This document shows, in pieces, positions 1 to 7,830 of a stretch of DNA of 24,228 nt (its first letter is position 1; each line of letters opens with the position of its first letter). Both the position numbers and the translations under genes were made by a program. The notes beneath the pieces were generated by a model that saw nothing but the letters and a program-made list of their open reading frames with translations, was not told where the DNA came from and ran no database searches. The stretch is from a virus. Its lineage: Duplodnaviria; Caudoviricetes. The stretch covers positions 1-24,228 of IMG/VR virus record IMGVR_UViG_3300042934_000182. One strand, given 5' to 3'.

Positions 1-21
1 TGTATCGTCAATGATTTTCAA
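1..21 (-). CDS. 5' end of the next middle-operon gene (MKIIDDT..., runs off the window)
   Basis: GAAGGAG RBS followed by TTG at 21, just downstream of the stop at 48-50. Confidence 0.5.
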
Positions 22-47
22 ATGTCCCGCTCCTTCCAAGTTGCTGT

Positions 48-290
48 CTACCTCGCAATACCGTGTTCCTTTGCCAAACGTTCTGCACGTTGATAATGGC
101 AGTGTAGATGTTTAGCAATCCACCAGTAGGTTTTATGATCCATCAGTGCTTGTAACACCTGTTCATCCGTAGCCACGTTCTTCTCTGCATCGCCAACAAG
201 CTCGTTTTCCTTACGCCATCGGTCAAATACTACTTGTGTTGATTTGACCTTGTTGCGTATCTGACTAACCGTCATGCCCTGCTTGCGCAT
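48..290 (-). CDS. HTH-repeat protein, probably the C-terminal part of the frameshifted 305..649 gene
   Basis: Two HTH-like units. The frame stays open upstream of the ATG as VNLTVDEYKR, matching INLTVPEYWK in the upstream ORF. No clear RBS before ATG 290. Confidence 0.6.
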   Translation of the reverse strand: MRKQGMTVSQIRNKVKSTQVVFDRWRKENELVGDAEKNVATDEQVLQALMDHKTYWWIAKHLHCHYQRAERLAKEHGIAR

Positions 291-304
291 TCGCTTATAT
301 TCGT

Positions 305-649
305 CTACCGTGAGATTGACGTTCGCCGCACTCGCTTAGACGAGATACCGTGTCGTTTTTTCCAACTGGCAACCTGTTGCGGGCTAACGTCCTTAGCAAA
401 AGCAATAGCCTCATCCGTTATGCCATCGTTATGCAGCTTCCAATACTCGGGCACAGTCAAATTGATCTTGACTCTTGTCTTATAGCGAGGCCCGTCAGCG
501 CCTAACTTCTTACCTTCAGCGCGAATCTTGTGATACAGAGTGCAGTGACCGCATATTGTGTCGGGCTTACCGGCTATGAGCCGCTTCGGGCAGTCCCCGC
601 ATTGATCAAGAAGATCGTTGATAATCCGCCGTTGTTTGCGTTTATCCAT
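305..649 (-). CDS. Zinc-finger (CxxC...CxxC, zf-C2HCIx2C-like) plus HTH protein
   Basis: CGDC and CGHC motifs, followed by HTH-like TDEAIAFAKDVSPQQVASWKKRHG. Confidence 0.7.
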   Translation of the reverse strand: MDKRKQRRIINDLLDQCGDCPKRLIAGKPDTICGHCTLYHKIRAEGKKLGADGPRYKTRVKINLTVPEYWKLHNDGITDEAIAFAKDVSPQQVASWKKRHGISSKRVRRTSISR

Positions 650-655
650 AGCGGA

Positions 656-1303
656 TCACTTCGCAGGCTCTAATAGAGTCAGTACATATGCTTCAAGGGC
701 ACGTAGCTGGTTTTCAAACTTCGAACTCGAAGCGCATAATTCATCACGTTCATGGGTAATATAAGCTAATCTTTGTTTGAAGATGTTATTGTCATTACGC
801 AAGTCATTTACCGTTGCGTTTAGATCGTTAATCTGCTCACATTTAGCGTTGTAATTACTGTTTGCGTCATCAAATGCTTTGCTTAGCTTTTCAACTTCTT
901 CACGCAGACTGTCATTTGCTCGTGCTTCACGTTCGTATTTATCATTGGCAAGTAATAACTCTTTTTGAGTTTCGTCTAATTTCACAGTTAATTGATTATT
1001 TTCATTAGACAGTTCACCAAGACGTTTCGAACGTTCATCAACCATGATCTTGTATGCCGCTAATTCCTTTTCAATGCTTGAGCCATTTGATTTTAAATTG
1101 TCGGTTTTTGATACTTTTTTAGCCTTTTTTGATGTGTTTTCAGCTAATTTTGGCTCAAAATGAGCAATTTGCTTTTTATGCGAATATCTCCATGTATAAA
1201 TACTTTTTGGCTTCTTACCAATTTTATGAGCTATTTCAGGTATTGTTAGGCCTTGGTCAACAAACCCTTTATATTGGTCAACACTCATTATTGATGGTGT
1301 CAT
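656..1303 (-). CDS. Internal or separately translated HTH + coiled-coil protein (215 aa, MTPSIMSVDQY...)
   Basis: Strong RBS AGGAGGA (1311-1317) 7 nt before the in-frame ATG at 1303. Confidence 0.65.
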   Translation of the reverse strand: MTPSIMSVDQYKGFVDQGLTIPEIAHKIGKKPKSIYTWRYSHKKQIAHFEPKLAENTSKKAKKVSKTDNLKSNGSSIEKELAAYKIMVDERSKRLGELSNENNQLTVKLDETQKELLLANDKYEREARANDSLREEVEKLSKAFDDANSNYNAKCEQINDLNATVNDLRNDNNIFKQRLAYITHERDELCASSSKFENQLRALEAYVLTLLEPAK

Positions 1304-1918
1304 TGATTGTTCCTCCTTTTTGCGGTAGCCCTGACGCTGTGCTTCTTGTTTTAGCGCGGCATAAAATTTCTTCATTATACGTGAGACTGATATTTGAGAA
1401 ACACCATGCATTTTGCCAATTTCAAGCTGTGTCCCAGTTTCGTTTAAAACTGCAGTGATGACCTTTTTATCCCGACTTTTAAACTGGTCGAGTACCTGTT
1501 TTGTCAGCCTTAATGCTTCACTTTTCATCAGGTGATCTTGTTCCGGAGCAGCCACGGTATCAAGTAATGTTAAGGTTGACCCCTCTGATTCACAGGTCGG
1601 GGCATCTAAACTTACTACTACACCCTGTCGTTTTTTCGCATTTTGCTTTTTGTAAATATGGCTGAATACCGTCAGCACTTGCATACTCGCATAGGTAGAA
1701 AACTTGGTTTCACGACTCAGATCAAATTTTTCAATGGTCTGGGAGAACGCTGCCATAGTCATGCTAAGCGCGTCCTCATATTCCATGTCATATGGCTTTA
1801 ATTTTTTGGTATAAAAATGTGCAAGTGGCATATTGAGTTGAATGATTTCATTTCGCGTGTCCGCTTCTCTGCTTTGGTATTGGCGAATGAGTTCAATCGT
1901 TTTTTCGTTTCGGTCCAC
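656..1918 (-). CDS. Phage sigma-70 family factor (SigF/SigG/SigB-like, about aa 1-200) fused in frame to an HTH + long coiled-coil region
   Basis: Region 2 motifs RNEIIQLNMPLA and FDLSRETKFSTYA, VSLDAP, region 4 TQLEIGKMHGVSQISVSRI. C-terminal heptad-rich segment. Confidence 0.85.
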   Translation of the reverse strand: MDRNEKTIELIRQYQSREADTRNEIIQLNMPLAHFYTKKLKPYDMEYEDALSMTMAAFSQTIEKFDLSRETKFSTYASMQVLTVFSHIYKKQNAKKRQGVVVSLDAPTCESEGSTLTLLDTVAAPEQDHLMKSEALRLTKQVLDQFKSRDKKVITAVLNETGTQLEIGKMHGVSQISVSRIMKKFYAALKQEAQRQGYRKKEEQSMTPSIMSVDQYKGFVDQGLTIPEIAHKIGKKPKSIYTWRYSHKKQIAHFEPKLAENTSKKAKKVSKTDNLKSNGSSIEKELAAYKIMVDERSKRLGELSNENNQLTVKLDETQKELLLANDKYEREARANDSLREEVEKLSKAFDDANSNYNAKCEQINDLNATVNDLRNDNNIFKQRLAYITHERDELCASSSKFENQLRALEAYVLTLLEPAK

Positions 1919-1924
1919 CCCACA

Positions 1925-2074
1925 TCACCGCACAACTTCAGGCGCTAGGATCAAGGCAACAACAACAGCCAGTGCCATCAGCGCGAAGATGATACGCATC
2001 GGACGCTCCTCGTTTTTGCCTAGCGCGCCGAGAATGCCGACAATGACAAGCATCCATAAGATAAAGCGGATCAT
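1925..2074 (-). CDS. Small two-TM membrane protein, 49 aa (MIRFILWMLVIVGILGALGKNEERPMRIIFALMALAVVVALILAPEVVR); not in the ORF track
   Basis: ATGA overlap with the upstream stop, GGTGA RBS-like site, fills the gap to the sigma gene, two hydrophobic stretches. Confidence 0.7.
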   Translation of the reverse strand: MIRFILWMLVIVGILGALGKNEERPMRIIFALMALAVVVALILAPEVVR

Positions 2075-2400
2075 GAGCCGTCACCGTCCAATTGCTTGAT
2101 TACTTTTAGTGCTGCTTTGCAGATCGCCATTTGTGCGGTGTTTGATCTCGCTTGAATATTCCCGAACCATGCCGCCCATTGATCGTTAGGCATAGCCATT
2201 AAATCGGTTAGCCCTAGTTGCAATGCCACTGTCCATGCGTCTGACATGCTCGTAGTTGGAGAAAACATGAAGGTGCCATGTTTTCTTATTACCTCGACAA
2301 AACCGAGACTTTCATCGTGTATTTTTAGTCCAATTGCTGAAGCGATTTTTTTATTGATAATGAAATTTTTCTTTTGTTCGTCAACGAAAAAGTTAAACAC
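2071..2400 (-). CDS. Phage ABA-sandwich-domain-like protein
   Basis: FSPTTSMSDAW...TAQMAICKAAL pattern. GAGGAGG RBS favours GTG at 2400 over TTG at 2418. Confidence 0.6.
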   Translation of the reverse strand: MFNFFVDEQKKNFIINKKIASAIGLKIHDESLGFVEVIRKHGTFMFSPTTSMSDAWTVALQLGLTDLMAMPNDQWAAWFGNIQARSNTAQMAICKAALKVIKQLDGDGS

Positions 2401-2414
2401 CTTTTGCCGCCTCC

Positions 2415-3038
2415 TCAAAACGTCCGTACTGGCAAAATCAGTGCCAGTAGGGTTTCTTGTTTAAATACAAGCGGTCTCATTTCACCGCTGTATTCAGCCG
2501 TTAGTTCATCAAAACCGCAATCTTGAAACAAGTCGAGTGCAGCAAATAGATAATTAGCACGAACCGATAATTTAATTTTTTCATCTGACACGCCAATTTG
2601 AACGCTGCCATTCATAGCCTTGTTTGTTGGATGTTCAAGCCAAACCTTTCCTTCACGTTGTGTGATTCTAAGCAACGTAGATTGTTTGCTTTCGGGTTTT
2701 TGCTCTAAATCTTCTGGGTAACGTGCTGCTTCCCAAAGTATTTTTGTGAGTTTCGACAGCTTACCAACTTGAGATATTTTAAATTGCGTCTTTGGCTTAG
2801 TTGGAATCACTTGATCTGTATTAGGATAAGCACCTTCAATCAGTTCTCCTGATACCGGATTAATAATTTGATCTTTAGCACCAAAGTAAAGTCCTTCCAC
2901 TTGATACATTTGATGGCTGTCTGTCACAATAAGTGTGCCATCTGAGCGATGGTAAACACCCTTTAACGTCGGTCGTAATTCGGACGCTGCCTTAGTTATT
3001 TTGCTTGCGTGTCTCATGAAGGTTAGATATGAAATCAT
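2415..3038 (-). CDS. Truncated DNA polymerase III beta-clamp-like protein (partial domain II + domain III)
   Basis: DnaN-like motifs RPTLKGV, TDSHQ, IEGAYPN, NYLFAAL, RPLVF and C-terminal LILPVR. Confidence 0.75.
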   Translation of the reverse strand: MISYLTFMRHASKITKAASELRPTLKGVYHRSDGTLIVTDSHQMYQVEGLYFGAKDQIINPVSGELIEGAYPNTDQVIPTKPKTQFKISQVGKLSKLTKILWEAARYPEDLEQKPESKQSTLLRITQREGKVWLEHPTNKAMNGSVQIGVSDEKIKLSVRANYLFAALDLFQDCGFDELTAEYSGEMRPLVFKQETLLALILPVRTF

Positions 3039-3481
3039 TACTCACTCACCCCCGTACTGCCGAATCCTGCGGTTCCACGTTCGCTATCTCCTAATTCGTC
3101 CATTTCCTCAAAATTAGCGTGGATAACTGGAGCAATGACGGCTTGGGCAATGCGTGTTCCCTTAACAATCACACGTTCACCGTTTTCAGAATCTAGTGAT
3201 GGTCGTAAATAAGCGATGATGCTTACTTCGCCATGATATCCGCTGTCAATCGTTCCCATGATCACAAGCAACGGTGTCTTTGCTGAAATACCGGAACGTG
3301 GACGAACTTGCATTTCATATCCTTTAGGAATATCAAAGGCTAATCCAGTTGGTATTTTTATAGTTTGTCCTGGTAAAATAGACATTGTTTTCGATGCTTC
3401 CAAATCAAACCCAGCATCACCATCATGCTTGTAGGTTGGTATCACTGCATCAGGTGATAATTTTTTAATTTTTACTTTCAT
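3038..3481 (-). CDS. dut: Trimeric dUTPase
   Basis: Motifs AGFDL, RSG, GTIDSGYHG, RIAQ and RGTAGFGSTG. Confidence 0.97.
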   Translation of the reverse strand: MKVKIKKLSPDAVIPTYKHDGDAGFDLEASKTMSILPGQTIKIPTGLAFDIPKGYEMQVRPRSGISAKTPLLVIMGTIDSGYHGEVSIIAYLRPSLDSENGERVIVKGTRIAQAVIAPVIHANFEEMDELGDSERGTAGFGSTGVSE

Positions 3482-3523
3482 TTCAAATCATCCTTTTTAC
3501 ATTATTTGACAGCGAATAAATTT

Positions 3524-3555
3524 AAAATTAAAGAGAGACCGTGTAAAGTCTCTCT
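3524..3555 (-). terminator. Probable intrinsic terminator after the SSB-like gene
   Basis: AGAGAGAC-N8-GTCTCTCT hairpin followed by TTAATTTT on the minus strand. Confidence 0.6.
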
Positions 3556-3565
3556 GTTTAGTTAA

Positions 3566-4060
3566 TCAAAATTGACCAGGTGTAAAATTGCTGCCTTGCT
3601 GTTGACCTGTTGGGAATGGATCTTGATGTGTTGCCTGCGGCTTTACTTCGTCAGCCGGAATGAACGTCTTGACTTCGTTATTCTGTTTCTTCTGTCCGTC
3701 GTTACCTGTCCACTCGTGAATTGCCAGTTTGCATCGTCCGCTGGAACCAACAACAGTTCCCCAGTTCATGCGCAACTTTTCGCCTTTCTTTTTCTGCCCG
3801 ATTCCTGCAAAGAAGTTTGAAAGAAATCCTTCCGTTTTTGTATGAAGTAATAAACTATGAAACACAACTACGTCTCCTTGATCAGAATGCACGGTCAATT
3901 CCAGTTTTGCCTGATTGCAAGCCGGCATCTTAGCGCTTCCTGCAAAGCGTCCTCGTTCAAATTTTGAAACTGTGAAATCGTACTCGCCCGCCGGTAGAAC
4001 AATAAATTCTCCGCCGTCTTTTTCAATCGTGTCTTCCCAACCTAGTTCTCGTTCTGCCAT
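3566..4060 (-). CDS. DUF669-like single-stranded DNA-binding protein
   Basis: FIVLPAGEYDFTV...FF.GIGQKKKGE..NW pattern, Q/G-rich tail, position after Sak4. AGGAGTG RBS before ATG 4060. Confidence 0.75.
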   Translation of the reverse strand: MAERELGWEDTIEKDGGEFIVLPAGEYDFTVSKFERGRFAGSAKMPACNQAKLELTVHSDQGDVVVFHSLLLHTKTEGFLSNFFAGIGQKKKGEKLRMNWGTVVGSSGRCKLAIHEWTGNDGQKKQNNEVKTFIPADEVKPQATHQDPFPTGQQQGSNFTPGQF

Positions 4061-4074
4061 ATTGATCACTCCTA

Positions 4075-5175
4075 TTAGTTAAATGGTATTGTTTTTCTAA
4101 ATTCTTTTATCGCTATAAACACTAGTTCCCACACACCGACAAGCTTAGCGTTGATAAATTCAGGACTATAATTTGTGATCGGCGTATCGATTGGATAATA
4201 ACCATTATTTGCAACTACAGCCTGAATTTCTTCTTCCGATACCTTGGCTTGTAGCATGAGATCACGTAGCGCTTGTGGTATCGCCGGATTGAGTTTCGGA
4301 TTGTAGTCGTCCATCGTCGCTTGTTGCGGTTCTGACACAGCTTGTTTCGGCGGTTCCGATACTGGTGCGGTCTGCGTTGACGGTGTTGATTGCTGTCGTG
4401 TCTGCGGTGCCGACGTGATCGCTTTAGGAACTTTGTCAAAGATCGGTGCCAAGTATTTTTCATACCCGCCTTCAAGCGGAAACTCGTCAGGTAAGCTATG
4501 ACGGTTCTTTGCGTCCCATGCCGGGCTATGTGTGGCGTAGACTGTGCGCGTCCCGCCCTGAGCCTTGTGCTTTGTTGCATTTCCTTTGCTATCTACCGCA
4601 GACGCCACACTTAATGTCTTGTAATTAATGAACAGAACCATGTCTGCCCATTCTTTGACGAGCGCTGATGTACGGGCAGATGTTTTCTTTCCAAGTTTTA
4701 ACTCGTACCGGTCATAAGCACCCATTTCATCCGGCTGCTCAAACTTACGTATCTGAGCGTGCGCAGTCAGGACAACGTTAATCCCGCTGTCAACAACGTC
4801 CTGCAGCTTGTTAAGGAAACGTCCCAATTCTTCTTCGAGTTTGATATAGCCGCTACCATAGCCGAAATCTTCAATTGACGTCTTTTGAGCATCCGAGCAA
4901 ATTTTTTCTATTGCCATTCGTTCTGCCCAGTCAACCGTGTCGATCGCAAGCGTCTTACACAGTTTGTCTCTTTTAACTTCGTCAACTTGTTGATTCAGCA
5001 TCGTCCAACTCGATACTTTGGGCGTACGTGCAACGTCCATGTTGGCGGTGCTTCCTTCCGTGTCTATAAATAGTGGATCAGGAAATTTTGCAGCTAGTGA
5101 CGACTTACCAATTCCTTCCATACCATACAAAATGCATTTTTGTGCTTTAGCTACCTTTCCGCGAGTAATGTTCAT
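4075..5175 (-). CDS. Sak4-like AAA ATPase (phage single-strand annealing protein)
   Basis: Walker A YGMEGIGKSS, FIDTEGS, AIDTVDW, GYGSGY, VLTAH, AKNR. Confidence 0.85.
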   Translation of the reverse strand: MNITRGKVAKAQKCILYGMEGIGKSSLAAKFPDPLFIDTEGSTANMDVARTPKVSSWTMLNQQVDEVKRDKLCKTLAIDTVDWAERMAIEKICSDAQKTSIEDFGYGSGYIKLEEELGRFLNKLQDVVDSGINVVLTAHAQIRKFEQPDEMGAYDRYELKLGKKTSARTSALVKEWADMVLFINYKTLSVASAVDSKGNATKHKAQGGTRTVYATHSPAWDAKNRHSLPDEFPLEGGYEKYLAPIFDKVPKAITSAPQTRQQSTPSTQTAPVSEPPKQAVSEPQQATMDDYNPKLNPAIPQALRDLMLQAKVSEEEIQAVVANNGYYPIDTPITNYSPEFINAKLVGVWELVFIAIKEFRKTIPFN

Positions 5176-5177
5176 TT

Positions 5178-6473
5178 TTAAAATTCACCCGGCTTCCATG
5201 TTTTAGTTTGCGGTTCTGCTACCGGAGCTTGTTCCTGCCCTGTAACATAGCCGTCCTCGATAATAATTGAGCATTCCGATCCGGTGCTGACACGTGTCGC
5301 AATGGCTTGTAAGCCTTCCTGTTCGAGCCACTCGCCGAATTCTTTGAGCGTGTCCGTATCCATCTGCTCAAGTTTGTCGAGAAGGATAAAGCCGCAGTCT
5401 GGCTTAAGCTTGCGTACAATTGCTGTGGACACTTTTAGCTGATCAGCGCCGGACATGTTGTCCCACTTCTGCCCCTCGTACACGAGTTCACCGTCCGCTA
5501 CGGATAGGTTAGGTAGCGGAAGATTAGCATTCGTGAGTAAGTCAGACTTTTGCTTGCGGACATTGTCAATTTCTAGCGACATTTTCTGATATTGGCTGCT
5601 ATACTCCTTGGCGTCCTCTTCAGCTTTATCCTTGTCGAGGTTGGCACGAACCTTTCGGTTAATGTCGTCAATCTGCTGAATGTTATCTTCTAACTCGGCG
5701 GTCGATTCGTCACGCAGGTCGAGTGCATCTTTTTGAGCGATTGTGAGATCACTTTGCAACTCGCCATACTTCTTCTGTGCGGCATTGAGCAGTGCGGTTA
5801 GCCGGCTGACTTCCTTCTCCTGCTGTTCAAAATTAGTTTGTATCTGTGTCACACGCTGCCGCTTGCGCTCGTTTTCGCCGTTCTGTGCAAGAATAGTCTG
5901 CTGTTGCTTAATGAGTTCAGACGCTGATACCGGCTCTTTGGGTGCGTCTTGAAAGTACGGCTGCTCCTTGGCAAACTTGGATTTCTGATCGGCAATCTGA
6001 CCAATGGCGCGACGACGGTTGTAGACTTCACTTTCCTTCTGTTCCAGTTCATGCAGCTTGTTGCCCACACCGATAATTTGAAGCAGGATATTGGCTTTTT
6101 CCTTACTCGTTGAGTTCATAAATTTTGGTAGATTAATAGCCAATTCGCCTACGAAGCTGTCTAAGAGTGACTGGCCAGCCTTTTGCCCGTTGGGATCAAG
6201 CACCTTCAAATCACTATTTTTGCCTTTGCGCTCAACGACCAGGCCATTGGATAACACGATATGCAGGTATGGAGCGGTCACCGAACCCTCACGTTGCGCT
6301 TCAGACGGACGGTATTTGTTGCCGCCTAATCCCCAAGCAATGGCGTCGAGGACGCTCGTCTTGCCTTGCTTATTCTTTCCGCCGAGAATCGTTAAGCCGC
6401 TTGCAGATGGCTCAACCTTGACGGCTTTGACTCGCTTGACGTTTTCAATTTCGAGTTTGCTGATTGTTACCAT
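5178..6473 (-). CDS. SMC/SbcC-like ABC ATPase with coiled coil
   Basis: Walker A GKNKQGKTS, long coiled coil, signature MSGADQ, Walker B ILLDKLE. RBS before ATG 6473. Confidence 0.85.
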   Translation of the reverse strand: MVTISKLEIENVKRVKAVKVEPSASGLTILGGKNKQGKTSVLDAIAWGLGGNKYRPSEAQREGSVTAPYLHIVLSNGLVVERKGKNSDLKVLDPNGQKAGQSLLDSFVGELAINLPKFMNSTSKEKANILLQIIGVGNKLHELEQKESEVYNRRRAIGQIADQKSKFAKEQPYFQDAPKEPVSASELIKQQQTILAQNGENERKRQRVTQIQTNFEQQEKEVSRLTALLNAAQKKYGELQSDLTIAQKDALDLRDESTAELEDNIQQIDDINRKVRANLDKDKAEEDAKEYSSQYQKMSLEIDNVRKQKSDLLTNANLPLPNLSVADGELVYEGQKWDNMSGADQLKVSTAIVRKLKPDCGFILLDKLEQMDTDTLKEFGEWLEQEGLQAIATRVSTGSECSIIIEDGYVTGQEQAPVAEPQTKTWKPGEF

Positions 6474-6518
6474 GTTTATAAAACCGTCCTTTCGTGGTAC
6501 AATGACCACAAGTGTGAT

Positions 6519-7121
6519 TTACTTAGTCGCTTTTGCAGAAGCGGCTTTTTCATTTTTGTTTACAAGGTCAATGCTGACAGATAGAGCGATCGGAACAGGA
6601 AGTATATCCGCATCCTCTTTGAAATCGCTCATATCCAGCCCGATCTTCTTTAGTTTCTCGTAGGCTTTTTTAGCCGGATAGTTGACGACAACCGCTGTTA
6701 GTTCATTTTCCAAGGTCTTCAGATCTTTATTCACCTTGGAATGTTCAAGAACAAATCGATTATGCTTTTTCCGAAGTGGTTCGAGATAATTTGAGAACTC
6801 CGCTTGAATCTCATATTCACTTATGAACTTGCCTGTAACACTTTCAATCAGCCAATCTTTGAAAGATTTATAGCTTGAAAGTTCGTCTTTGATTGCTTTC
6901 AAGTCTATCCATCCGCACGATGCAAAATTGATCAGTTCTTCATTTTCAACGGAAAGATAATCCTTGAAATCCCCGAATAGTTTCTCACCCTTGGCAAGGT
7001 CAATGTTTTCAAAGATTGATTGCACAAGCGCTTCATTTTTGCTCATGTAGTCTTGGAGTGCTTCCATCTTTCGAACTGCAATTTTCGAATGGATAAAGTC
7101 GTACAGTTGCTTTTTGTTCAC
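6519..7121 (-). CDS. Hypothetical helical phage protein (200 aa)
   Basis: Long ORF with AAAGGAG RBS, co-oriented in the operon. Confidence 0.75.
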   Translation of the reverse strand: MNKKQLYDFIHSKIAVRKMEALQDYMSKNEALVQSIFENIDLAKGEKLFGDFKDYLSVENEELINFASCGWIDLKAIKDELSSYKSFKDWLIESVTGKFISEYEIQAEFSNYLEPLRKKHNRFVLEHSKVNKDLKTLENELTAVVVNYPAKKAYEKLKKIGLDMSDFKEDADILPVPIALSVSIDLVNKNEKAASAKATK

Positions 7122-7148
7122 TTTTTCTCGCGCTCCTTTCTTGCCTTT

Positions 7149-7280
7149 TCAAGATTTTCTTTCCGCTCGGTGTTCGTACGTACCGTTGTAATAACGCTTG
7201 TCCGTTAAGTGCTTGCGTTCAGCGCGGCATAGGATTTGACCGAAGTCATTTTTAATTGCTGTGGATACCGCTGATAACAT
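7149..7280 (-). CDS. Possible small protein, 43 aa (MLSAVSTAIKNDFGQ...)
   Basis: TAATG overlap with the upstream stop; fills the operon gap. Confidence 0.4.
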   Translation of the reverse strand: MLSAVSTAIKNDFGQILCRAERKHLTDKRYYNGTYEHRAERKS

Positions 7281-7588
7281 TAGTTTTCACTTCCCTTCAA
7301 TTCAACGTATTTCTTGGCTAGTTTGTACAGGCGAATATCATCTTCACTGGCTGGTTGAAATGCAATTCGATCCAAAAATTCCTTGTCTGACTCATAGTTG
7401 GTAAATGCTTTTCCATCGTATATGGCATCAACGAGGGCTTTCATCCCGACTCTGCCAATAACTTTGTCTTGATCTGTGTTTGTTTTTCCCAGAAGAAGAT
7501 AAAGACGCATACCAGGATCATCTTGATTATTAATCTCCTCAAGAGCTACATCTGAAATTTTAACCGGTAATTTAAATGGCTCCGTCAC
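7280..7588 (-). CDS. Hypothetical phage protein
   Basis: GTGA overlap and GGGGGTG RBS. Confidence 0.7.
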   Translation of the reverse strand: MTEPFKLPVKISDVALEEINNQDDPGMRLYLLLGKTNTDQDKVIGRVGMKALVDAIYDGKAFTNYESDKEFLDRIAFQPASEDDIRLYKLAKKYVELKGSEN

Positions 7589-7830
7589 TCGGCTTCACCC
7601 CCCTTCATCATTTGAAAATATTTCGATTTCTGTTTCAGTGCCCACCGTGCAATGTTCATTCGTTTCGCCGCTACCATGCGCGTTTGCAGGTTGGCGAAGA
7701 AGAAATACAGCTGCTTAGCTGTTTCGTGTGGGACGATTAGTGAGACGTTTTTAGCGATCATGGTGCCATTATCACCGAACAGAACGGCAGTTTCTGTGTA
7801 TATAGGTTCAAGCTGTCTGATTGCTGGCAT
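7585..7830 (-). CDS. Hypothetical phage protein
   Basis: GAGGGGGTG RBS, tight gene packing. Confidence 0.65.
   Translation of the reverse strand: MPAIRQLEPIYTETAVLFGDNGTMIAKNVSLIVPHETAKQLYFFFANLQTRMVAAKRMNIARWALKQKSKYFQMMKGGEAE

Noticed and set aside
1129-2464. Plus-strand ORFs of 109, 85 and 72 aa
   Set aside because: Antisense to tightly coupled minus-strand genes with good RBSs
6091-6663. 190-aa plus-strand ORF
   Set aside because: Antisense to the well-supported SMC-like ATPase
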